Shown: positions 1 to 7,414 of the stretch, piece after piece
Numbering within the stretch: the first letter of the stretch is position 1
Layout of the letters: each line of letters begins with the position of its first letter
Assembly: GCA_963664485.1 (NCBI GenBank)
Contig: OY761459.1
Span: 155,098-219,097, forward strand
Direction: 5' to 3'
Length of the DNA stretch: 64,000 bases
Origin: Syntrophales bacterium
Lineage (GTDB): Bacteria > Desulfobacterota > Syntrophia > Syntrophales > UBA2210
Made by a program: the position numbers and the translations under genes
The notes under the pieces: model-generated
What the model was told of the DNA's origin: nothing
Database searches by the model: none
What the model saw: only the letters and a program-made list of their open reading frames with translations

Positions 1-757
1 CTACCAGGCCCGGTTTGAACCCGAGAAAGTTCCACTTGGTGCCGGCTGCCTCCAGAACATCATTGGTGTCGATATTCAGCCGGTCAAATATCATGGCAAG
101 TTCATTAACAAGGGCAATATTCAGATCCCGCTGGGTATTCTCGATGACCTTGGCCGCCTCGGCTACACGGATGGTGGCGGCCCGGTGAACACCGGCAACC
201 ACGACGGATTCGTAAACCGAAGCAACTATCTCCAGCGTCTCGGTGTCCCAACCGGAGACGATCTTCCTGATTTTGGAAAAGGTATGCTCACTGTCACCCG
301 GATTAATGCGCTCGGGACTGTAGCCGACAGCGAAATCGCTTCCACAGACCAGGCCGGAAACACGCTCCAGTATCGGCACACATTCCTCTTCCGTGACTCC
401 GGGATATACCGTCGATTCATAGACAACGATGTCACCTTTTTTTAAAATCTTCCCCACTGTTTCAGACGCACGGATAATGGAGGTCAAGTCGGGCCGCTTG
501 GCATCATCCACGGGGGTGGGCACGGCGACGATGTGAAAATCGGCCTGTCGCAGTTCTTCGGGCGCGCTCGTAAAAAGGATATCGGCACGGCCGAGTTCAT
601 CCGGCGTCACCTCGCCGGTACGGTCCCTTCCCTGCCGCAGTTCCGAGATACGTTCCGCATCGACGTCAAAGCCGATGGTCCTGCCTTTCAGCCCGAAGGC
701 CACAGCGACAGGGAGACCCACATAGCCGAGGCCTATTACTGAAACCGTTCTATGCAT
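1..757 (-). CDS. Nucleotide-sugar dehydrogenase (TviB/WbpO-type UDP-HexNAc dehydrogenase), 3' end outside window
   Basis: Not in ORF track. Manual translation from ATG 757: [22 protein letters not shown]...[52 protein letters not shown]; AAGGAG RBS upstream. Confidence 0.92.
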   Translation of the reverse strand, partial: MHRTVSVIGLGYVGLPVAVAFGLKGRTIGFDVDAERISELRQGRDRTGEVTPDELGRADILFTSAPEELRQADFHIVAVPTPVDDAKRPDLTSIIRASETVGKILKKGDIVVYESTVYPGVTEEECVPILERVSGLVCGSDFAVGYSPERINPGDSEHTFSKIRKIVSGWDTETLEIVASVYESVVVAGVHRAATIRVAEAAKVIENTQRDLNIALVNELAMIFDRLNIDTNDVLEAAGTKWNFLGFKPGLV

Positions 758-816
758 TTGAATGCTCCTTTTCAATACAAGGGTGAAAAAATGTAAGAGT
801 AATACAGAATAATAAA

Positions 817-1084
817 GGGGTCAGACTTCTAAATGCTCTGGATTGCGGATTTCTCCGCAATGACTAATAAGGAACCTGGATTCCGGGTCAAGCCCGGAAT
901 GACGGATAAAAAAACCTGGTTACCGCCCCGATTTTCATCGGGGTGACAATTCCTGGATACCGGCTTTCGCCGGAATGACTGAAAAGGACACTGGATTGCG
1001 GTTTTCACCGCAATGACTAATAAAAAAAGAACTGGATACCGGCCTTCGCCGGTATGACAAAAGAGTGCCGGGGTGACGGCCGGT
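817..1084. repeat. Array of ~27-bp palindromic REP-like units (CTGGAT-hairpin-ATGAC), family A
   Basis: Units at 838, 876, 916, 953, 991, 1032, e.g. ctggataccggccttcgccggtatgac, all in the same orientation; preceded by ggggtcagact. Confidence 0.95.
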
Positions 1085-1087
1085 GTC

Positions 1088-1876
1088 TCATTTCCCTGAG
1101 AATACCTGTTGTTGCTGCCAGTAGTTGCGGAAGGTCAGCACTCTTTCTTTCTGTTCCGGAGAAAATAAAAAGGGTTCCACATCACGGGCCAGGGATTCCA
1201 TCTCCAGTTCTTCCACTCTTTTTGTAAATTGCTCGATGATTTCTTTTTTTTCAATGCCGAGATATTCGGCGATGTATTCGAAATCAGGCTGCGCGACTCC
1301 CATCAAAATTGATACATCAAACAGATCACGGCCTTTTTCGCGTTTTCTCTGCATAACAGTCATCATTTTCTGGGATAACAGTATTGAAAGAGGGGCGGTA
1401 AGAATCTGCCGGTAGATGGTAAATCTATTCAGCAGGTGTCTCTGTGGTTCATAAAGTCTTTTCTTGCTTTCGGTGTCTATCCTTATCAGTATCTTCTGAC
1501 CGGCATCAGGGCTTATTCCCGATTTATACAGGATCTCCGGAAATCTCAGGTAACAATGATATGCTCCCCGTTCAACGGTTCTGTATTCGACCAGGAATCC
1601 CTTGGTTTCCATATCTCTGCAGGTCTTTTGAAGCGCTTCTTCAAATTGCCCGAATGTCAGGCCGAAATTATCAAAGTCGAGATCTTCTGAAAAACGCGGA
1701 CTCTGCTGCAGCATCCGGATAGCCGTGCCGCCTATAAAGCTGAGAGACGAGGCCTCCTTAAGTTTAAACAGGGAGTCGAGAAGCTCGCATTGCAGATATT
1801 CGACCAGAATGCCCCGCGGGTTTATTTTTGCCACCTGTTCGGAAAAGTATCCTTTGATCTGCTCTAAGGTAAGCAT
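1088..1876 (-). CDS. AbiEii/AbiGii-type nucleotidyltransferase toxin (type IV TA)
   Basis: FIGGTAIR and RFSEDLDF motifs, KGRDLFD; overlaps antitoxin gene. Confidence 0.9.
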   Translation of the reverse strand: MLTLEQIKGYFSEQVAKINPRGILVEYLQCELLDSLFKLKEASSLSFIGGTAIRMLQQSPRFSEDLDFDNFGLTFGQFEEALQKTCRDMETKGFLVEYRTVERGAYHCYLRFPEILYKSGISPDAGQKILIRIDTESKKRLYEPQRHLLNRFTIYRQILTAPLSILLSQKMMTVMQRKREKGRDLFDVSILMGVAQPDFEYIAEYLGIEKKEIIEQFTKRVEELEMESLARDVEPFLFSPEQKERVLTFRNYWQQQQVFSGK

Positions 1877-2463
1877 CTGTCAGCCCATATTTTCAGTTTT
1901 TTTATTTTAAATACCTGCAGGTATCGCGAAAATTTTTCTCTGTCTAATGTCTCGCTGAGCCGGTCTTCATTGAATCTCAGGTTCTTAAAATCGGATTCGC
2001 TGTTGATTTTTGACAGATTGAGGTAGAGGTAATCCAGCACCGCCTTTTCCGGCTCGGCGATGAGATACCTGCCGGCATCTGTTTTTACTTCCCGGTATCC
2101 CCAGAACAGTTCACTTTTTACATGACGATAGATGAAATGCCCGAATTTATTATCAAAGGTACGGTTGATCTTCGCGGTTACGCTGGTATAGGAATATACC
2201 ATTTCCGGGATAAATCCGTAGGATGAAAGGGCGCTCTCCAGACTCAGATAGCTGGGCTGGTAAAGCGCCGAGGCGACTTCCTCGCCTTTGATTTTGTCGT
2301 AATCCTTGCTGAACGCATAGATTCCGTTTTTCAGTTTAAGCAGATATCCCCTCTTTACCCAGCGAGTCAGCTGGTAATCAAAAATTTTTCCTCCAGCCAA
2401 CATGACATCGGTTTTCGAAAAAACAGGGGTTTGTATCAGCAATATCAGGTCTTCGTATTTCAT
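1864..2463 (-). CDS. AbiEi-type antitoxin / transcriptional regulator
   Basis: N-terminal wHTH (LTRWVKRGYLLKLKNGIY), PSYLSLESALS.YGFIPE, AEPEKAVLDYLY. Confidence 0.88.
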   Translation of the reverse strand: MKYEDLILLIQTPVFSKTDVMLAGGKIFDYQLTRWVKRGYLLKLKNGIYAFSKDYDKIKGEEVASALYQPSYLSLESALSSYGFIPEMVYSYTSVTAKINRTFDNKFGHFIYRHVKSELFWGYREVKTDAGRYLIAEPEKAVLDYLYLNLSKINSESDFKNLRFNEDRLSETLDREKFSRYLQVFKIKKLKIWADRCLP

Positions 2464-2470
2464 ATTTTTA

Positions 2471-2499
2471 TCAATATTAATAAATTAATGAAATGTCAA
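2471..2499 (-). promoter_or_regulatory. Putative sigma70 promoter for abiE
   Basis: TTGACA-17 nt-TATTGA, ending 7 nt before the ATG. Confidence 0.5.
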
Positions 2500-2511
2500 G
2501 GCGTCCTTTCA

Positions 2512-2703
2512 GGGGTTAGACTCTTTAAATACTCTGGATTCCGGCTTTCGCCGGAATGACAATAACTGGATACCGGCTTTCGTAGGAATGACTGAAAAGG
2601 ACACTGGATTGCGGTTTTCACCGCAATGACTAATAAAAAAAGAACTGGATACCGGCCTTCGCCGGTATGACAAAAGAGTGCCGGGGTGACGGCCGGTATG
2701 ACG
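2512..2703. repeat. Family A REP-like array
   Basis: Units at 2534, 2566, 2604, 2645; 2566-2697 matches 953-1084 at 130/132 nt. Confidence 0.95.
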
Positions 2704-2724
2704 AAGAAGTAAGAAGACAGAGGG

Positions 2725-4020
2725 TCAGTTTCCTAAGGCCCATTTCCAGATGGGGATTGCTTTTATTTTATTGTCTATAATCGTTTCGTCATCCCACGTT
2801 ACTATGGTGCCTGTCGGAAATGAGAGTTCATCCATCGCGTTTTTCAATCCCCGTAGTTCTCTCTCGAGGGTTTTTTTGTCTGCCAGATCCCAACATACCT
2901 GGATCAGTTGCGTATCGCCTGAAATTTTATGCCTGGCGAAGAAATCTACCTCATAACCGTTTTTTGTATTGACATATTCCACGTCATAGCCCCAGCGGCG
3001 CAGATGCATAAACACCATGGTTTCGAGCAGTGGGCCGTAATTATGCGAATCGCGAAAAGTCATGGCGTTCAGAAGACCGGTATCGATCGTGTAGATTTTG
3101 ACCGGATTAATCAGCCTTGATTTTTCAGAGCGGCTGTGAATGGGAACTTTGTAAAATAGAAAAGCGTCTGCAAAATGATCGATATACTCGTACAGGCTGT
3201 TCTTGGTGCATTTGATCGACATGCTTTTCATGGTATTGTAAAACTTATTTACACTGAATTGACCGCCGGATGAATTCATGATGTGGCGCGCAAGATGTTT
3301 CAGAACAGTAACATTGCCGATTTTATGGCGTTCTATTATGTCTTTTAACAATACGGAGTCGATATAACCCTGTAATATTTCAATCCGAAGATCGCGATCG
3401 AGTTTCTGAATCTCCGGGAAGCCTCCGATTTCAAGATAGTCAACTGCGGCCTTACGTAACATGGAGACGGTGCCGGCGCCGAATGTTTTCGGTCTGTCTT
3501 GAAAAAGACCATGAAATCTTAAAAATTCTTCAAAGCTGAACGGGAATATCTCGATCGGAAGAGAACGTCCACGCAGTGTGGTGGCTATCTCGGAACTAAG
3601 CAGCTTTGATGATGAGCCGGTAATAAAAATCCGGAGATTTTCCGTGTCCAGCAGGCGCCGTATGAACATCTCCCATTGGTCTATTCGCTGTATCTCATCA
3701 AAGAAAAATTTACACCGGGTATCGCGATGTCCGGGATATTTTCCAAAATATACATCAAGAATTTCCTGAAAATTACGAACGGTAAAATCGAGCAGCCGAT
3801 CATCCTCGAAGTTAAGGTAAAGTATCTCCTCTTTTCTGGTTCCCGAGGCGATAAGCTCTCTTATTTTTTGATAACAGAACCATGTCTTGCCCGATCGCCT
3901 CATGCCTATGACAATATCCGCCTTGCCCTTTATCTCTGAAAATTCACCGGTCCGATTTACCGGCTCAGGCAATACCCGTTCATGGAAATCATCGATAAGC
4001 TGAGAAATTATGTTTTTCAT
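2725..4020 (-). CDS. AAA_14 ATPase with DUF4143 C-terminal domain
   Basis: Walker A GMRRSGKT, Walker B FFFDEIQ, ITGSSS, GGFPE, KIYTIDTGL, EVDF...IQVC. Confidence 0.9.
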   Translation of the reverse strand: MKNIISQLIDDFHERVLPEPVNRTGEFSEIKGKADIVIGMRRSGKTWFCYQKIRELIASGTRKEEILYLNFEDDRLLDFTVRNFQEILDVYFGKYPGHRDTRCKFFFDEIQRIDQWEMFIRRLLDTENLRIFITGSSSKLLSSEIATTLRGRSLPIEIFPFSFEEFLRFHGLFQDRPKTFGAGTVSMLRKAAVDYLEIGGFPEIQKLDRDLRIEILQGYIDSVLLKDIIERHKIGNVTVLKHLARHIMNSSGGQFSVNKFYNTMKSMSIKCTKNSLYEYIDHFADAFLFYKVPIHSRSEKSRLINPVKIYTIDTGLLNAMTFRDSHNYGPLLETMVFMHLRRWGYDVEYVNTKNGYEVDFFARHKISGDTQLIQVCWDLADKKTLERELRGLKNAMDELSFPTGTIVTWDDETIIDNKIKAIPIWKWALGN

Positions 4021-4027
4021 GGCGGAG

Positions 4028-4056
4028 ATAGTATCTCTTTTTTAGAGATAGTTCAA
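4028..4056 (-). promoter_or_regulatory. Putative sigma70 promoter with palindromic spacer
   Basis: TTGAAC-17 nt-TACTAT, 7 nt before the ATG; contains TATCTCT-AAAAA-AGAGATA. Confidence 0.55.
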
Positions 4057-4101
4057 GTTGTTTTTGTATCTTTTTTGGAGATAAAACAAATGTAAAGCTG
4101 T

Positions 4102-4352
4102 TCTTTCAAATACTCTGGATACCGGCTTTCGCCGGTATGACGAAAAAGGGAAATAGTCCAAGTTTTGATACTTCCTGGATTGCGGTTTTCACCGGGGTGA
4201 CGACCGGTATGACTAATAAGGAACCTGGATTCCGGGTCAAGCCCGGAATGACGGATAAAAAAACCTGGATACCGGCCTTCGCCGGTATGACGAAGGGACA
4301 CCAAATTGCATCGGGGTGACGGCCGGTATGACAAAAGAGTGCCGGTATGACG
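4102..4352. repeat. Family A REP-like array
   Basis: Several CTGGAT...ATGAC units; ~60 bp (4209-4267) match 860-918. Confidence 0.95.
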
Positions 4353-4395
4353 GTATAGTTGATGTTTTTATTTTTCTTGATTGGGAATAGTGAGT

Positions 4396-4662
4396 TCACT
4401 TGTAAACGTGCCGACGATGACCGATTGTAAGAACCAGGACAATTACGTTTTCGTCCCGGATGTCGCACAGGATTCTATAGTCTCCAATACGGTACCGCCA
4501 AAAGCCTGCGTGATTACCCTTCAACGGTTCTCCAAAATGCCGGGGGTTTTTGCAGCCCTCTATCCGGTCGTTGAGCCAGTTGAGAATACGCTCCTGAACC
4601 GGCTGATCCAGTTTTCGCAATTGCCGCTCGGCAACGTCGCCGATTTCAACTGTCCAGGCCAA
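4396..4662 (-). CDS. RelE/StbE family toxin
   Basis: WRYRIGDYRILCDI...IGHRRHVY; overlaps antitoxin gene. Confidence 0.9.
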   Translation of the reverse strand: MAWTVEIGDVAERQLRKLDQPVQERILNWLNDRIEGCKNPRHFGEPLKGNHAGFWRYRIGDYRILCDIRDENVIVLVLTIGHRRHVYK

Positions 4663-4858
4663 GTTCTTCTCTCAATTGTTTCAGCGGCTTGTGGCTACGT
4701 GTTTGTGACTGGGCTTGTTTGAGCAGATCCAAGTCCTCATTGTCCTCTAAGTATTGCAGGATCGCTTCCCGTACCACTGCACTGCGGTTACTGCCGCGGC
4801 TTCTGGCGAGCAGATCCAAATCCTTCTCTATTTCTTTGTCCAATCGGATCGCAAGCAT
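4646..4858 (-). CDS. RHH/CopG-type antitoxin (RelB-like)
   Basis: MLAIRLDKEIE.DLDLLA...RSAVVREAI..YLEDNED; start moved to ATG 4858 behind GGGAGG. Confidence 0.85.
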   Translation of the reverse strand: MLAIRLDKEIEKDLDLLARSRGSNRSAVVREAILQYLEDNEDLDLLKQAQSQTRSHKPLKQLREELGLDS

Positions 4859-4926
4859 GGCGTACCTCCCTTGTGTGTCATACAAAGTATAACACCGCTG
4901 GTAGAATGTCAATCTGAGAATTAAAA

Positions 4927-5035
4927 GGTGTCGGGCCTTTAAATATTCTGGATACCGGTTTTCACTGCAATGACTAATAAAAAAAGAACTGGATACCGGC
5001 TTTCGCCGGTATGACGGAGTCGGGACGGTATGACG
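4927..5035. repeat. Family A REP-like array
   Basis: ctggataccggttttcactgcaatgac and ctggataccggctttcgccggtatgac with the recurring taataaaaaaagaa linker. Confidence 0.9.
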
Positions 5036-5041
5036 CGAGTA

Positions 5042-6571
5042 TTAAAAGTCCCAGGTGATTTCGGTGCCCAGGAAATGGTTTCTCTGTTTCTGGTCTTTTA
5101 TGTTTTCATAATTGTCTATGGTTTCGTAGGCGTATCTGAACGTGAACCTGAGCAGTTCACTCATCTTAAAATCAGTTTTCAGGAAATACTGGTGTTTTTC
5201 CTGTGTGTCGGCAAGGCTCAGGCCGCTTCTCTCTCTGTCGAAACCGATTTCGTATGAAAACCAATCCGTGAGGCGGTGAGATAATCCCAGGAAGATATCA
5301 TCGGAATCGGAACCGGCGTGGTGTCCGAAAACATTTCCGTAATACTCCATCGGCCAGAAAGAATGAGTGTACCAGGAACCGGCGCCGCTCTCAGGAGAGA
5401 TATCGGCATACTCGGCCCGCACGGTAAGCCCGTCTATCGTGAAGAATTCGTGCAGCGCCATTCCCAGGATATACGCGCGCTTGTCAGGCGGATAGCCCGC
5501 GTCTTCCGCTCCCCATTCCGCGTAGAGTTTTATGGATTCGGCCACCGGCAGAAACCGGTCGACACGCGGTATCGTGACGGCAACATCCACGGCAAATTCC
5601 TTGTTGCTGTCCCGCCTGTCGCCGTCCCGGCATTCGTTGCTGAATATTATATCGACATAATCCGAAAAACCCAGGCTGTCGATACCCGGCCTGTCACCGC
5701 CGAAATGGGCGAGATACGACAATCCGAATTCCATCAGGGGATGAGGTTTCAAGTCGATCCTGGCGCCAAGCAGTTTCGAATCCGGAGGGTGACCGGATTG
5801 CGGATCACCGTCCAGTTCGGCCAGAAACAGATTATACCTGAATGGTCCCAGGCTGCTCAGGATCCAGGGGAGAAGCGTGCCCCTGGGATTCGACAGTTTG
5901 ATCATGTCGAAGGGCTTGGCGTTGTTCGAGAGAAGAAGTGAACCGTGATACCCCGGCCCCCACCAGAGCGAATCCCTGCCTGCTTCGATCTCGAAATTGC
6001 CGGCGTGAAACTTTACATATCCCTTCTGCAGCCTGACTATTGTATCGTCGTTTCCGTAGACATTATCCAGCCGCTGATTGTATAGAACGACGGGCTGGAC
6101 ATAGAACGAAAAGACATTCCACAGCTCGCCCCGCGACTCGAACCCGGCCATCGCGTTGTGACCGTCGTAATACGCAATCCCCTCGTTATTGAATACGGAG
6201 CAGGGTCCGTCCAGGTAATTATAGACGACGGAAAATGATTCCAACGGCTTTATAAAGGTACCGGGCCCGCTGCCCGGTTCCACGGCTTCGGCGATCTCGT
6301 CCTTATATTCCTTCGACAGGGTTTCTAGCAGGGCTTCGCAGGGGGAAGATTCTTCTGTGCCGACCCGGGTTATCGCCTCTGCAAGCAGCCTGCCCGCTTC
6401 AGCCCGGGTAAACGGTTTTGTCGACGACAGACTGCTCTCTATAACCCCCTTCGAGACGAGAACATCCAGGTCCTCGTAGAAAGAAGACCCGGGCGATATG
6501 TTGACGGAGGCGTTCGCGGCCGTCGCGAAGACGATTATCGCAAATATGACGAGATATTGGATTTTATTCAT
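5042..6571 (-). CDS. wzi: Capsule assembly Wzi family outer-membrane protein
   Basis: Signal peptide, KPFTRAEA, GRDSLWWGPGYHGSLLLSNNA.PF, C-terminal Phe. Confidence 0.88.
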   Translation of the reverse strand: MNKIQYLVIFAIIVFATAANASVNISPGSSFYEDLDVLVSKGVIESSLSSTKPFTRAEAGRLLAEAITRVGTEESSPCEALLETLSKEYKDEIAEAVEPGSGPGTFIKPLESFSVVYNYLDGPCSVFNNEGIAYYDGHNAMAGFESRGELWNVFSFYVQPVVLYNQRLDNVYGNDDTIVRLQKGYVKFHAGNFEIEAGRDSLWWGPGYHGSLLLSNNAKPFDMIKLSNPRGTLLPWILSSLGPFRYNLFLAELDGDPQSGHPPDSKLLGARIDLKPHPLMEFGLSYLAHFGGDRPGIDSLGFSDYVDIIFSNECRDGDRRDSNKEFAVDVAVTIPRVDRFLPVAESIKLYAEWGAEDAGYPPDKRAYILGMALHEFFTIDGLTVRAEYADISPESGAGSWYTHSFWPMEYYGNVFGHHAGSDSDDIFLGLSHRLTDWFSYEIGFDRERSGLSLADTQEKHQYFLKTDFKMSELLRFTFRYAYETIDNYENIKDQKQRNHFLGTEITWDF

Positions 6572-6611
6572 TACATGGAGGTTTTACAGCTTCATAAGAA
6601 GGCGTTATTTC

Positions 6612-6812
6612 GTCCCGAATCGGAGTCCGGGGCAGGCTTAAAGGGCACTGGATACCGGCCTTCGCCGGTATGACGAAGGAGCGTGATTGCAATGTTTAAT
6701 GTTGAATGTTGAATGTTTAATTAACAGATTGAAGACAGTAAGGGATCATCCAAGCCAATACGTCATGCCGGACCCGATAAGCCTGCCCCGTACCTGATAC
6801 GGGGGCATCCAG
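6612..6812. repeat. Mixed repeat cluster: family A units, heptamer tract, nested gcctgccccg...cgggg hairpin
   Basis: Unit at 6648-6674; ttgaatg/tttaatg tract at 6690-6723; reverse-oriented unit cgtcatgccgg...catccag at 6761-6812. Confidence 0.85.
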
Positions 6813-7103
6813 TCAAAGAATCGTATTGTACAAGTCTTTCCAATCGGGATTAATTTCTTCAATCAGTGCCAGTTTCCATTTTCGTTTCCATTCTTTCAGT
6901 CGCTTCTCTCGCTCAATAGCCGATTCCATACTTTCGTGTATTTCGTACCAGACCAGTTGGTGAACGCCGTAGCGTTTGGTAAAACCTTCCACGGTGTTGT
7001 TTTTGTGTTCCCATATTCTTTTAACGAGGTCTGAGGTTACTCCGATATAGAGGGTTCCGTTTCGTTTGCCTGCCAGGATATAGACTGCCGGTTGTTTGTC
7101 CAT
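6813..7103 (-). CDS. Small standalone GIY-YIG nuclease
   Basis: AVYIL...GTLYIGVTSDLVKRIWEH...LVWYE.H....AIEREKRLKEWKRKWK..LIE..NP.W.DL. Confidence 0.92.
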   Translation of the reverse strand: MDKQPAVYILAGKRNGTLYIGVTSDLVKRIWEHKNNTVEGFTKRYGVHQLVWYEIHESMESAIEREKRLKEWKRKWKLALIEEINPDWKDLYNTIL

Positions 7104-7112
7104 TGATTATTC

Positions 7113-7370
7113 CTGGATACCGGCTTACACCGGTATGACTGAAAAGGGCACTGGATACCGGTTTACACCGGTATGACAAAGAGGAGCCGGTATGACGAGA
7201 TAAGGGCACTGGTTTGCGGTTTTCACCGCAATGACGAATAAGTAACCTGGATTCCGGGTCAAGCCCGGAATGACGATAAAAAGAACTGGATACCGGCCTT
7301 CGCCGGTATGACTGAAAAAGGCACTGGATACCGGCTTTCGCCGGTATGACAAAAAGGAGCCGGCATGACG
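7113..7370. repeat. Family A REP-like array
   Basis: About six CTGGAT...ATGAC units starting 9 nt upstream of the GIY-YIG ATG. Confidence 0.95.
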
Positions 7371-7414
7371 AGGGAGCGCCGTTATGCCAGAGTCGGCAAG
7401 GGTTTCGACCCCTT

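Noticed and set aside
4053-4468. ORFs with VIPAKAGIQ/RHTGEGRYP motifs (also 7021-7352, 11469-11684, 12718-13047, 19369-19705, 34332-34535)
   Set aside because: Translations of non-coding palindromic repeats
817-5035. Classical integron
   Set aside because: No attC-like RYYYAAC/GTTRRRY structure recognised and no intI in the window
838-7370. Palindromic ~27-bp arrays as CRISPR arrays
   Set aside because: Linkers are only ~5-15 nt and recur, unit interiors vary, arrays are dispersed, and there are no cas genes
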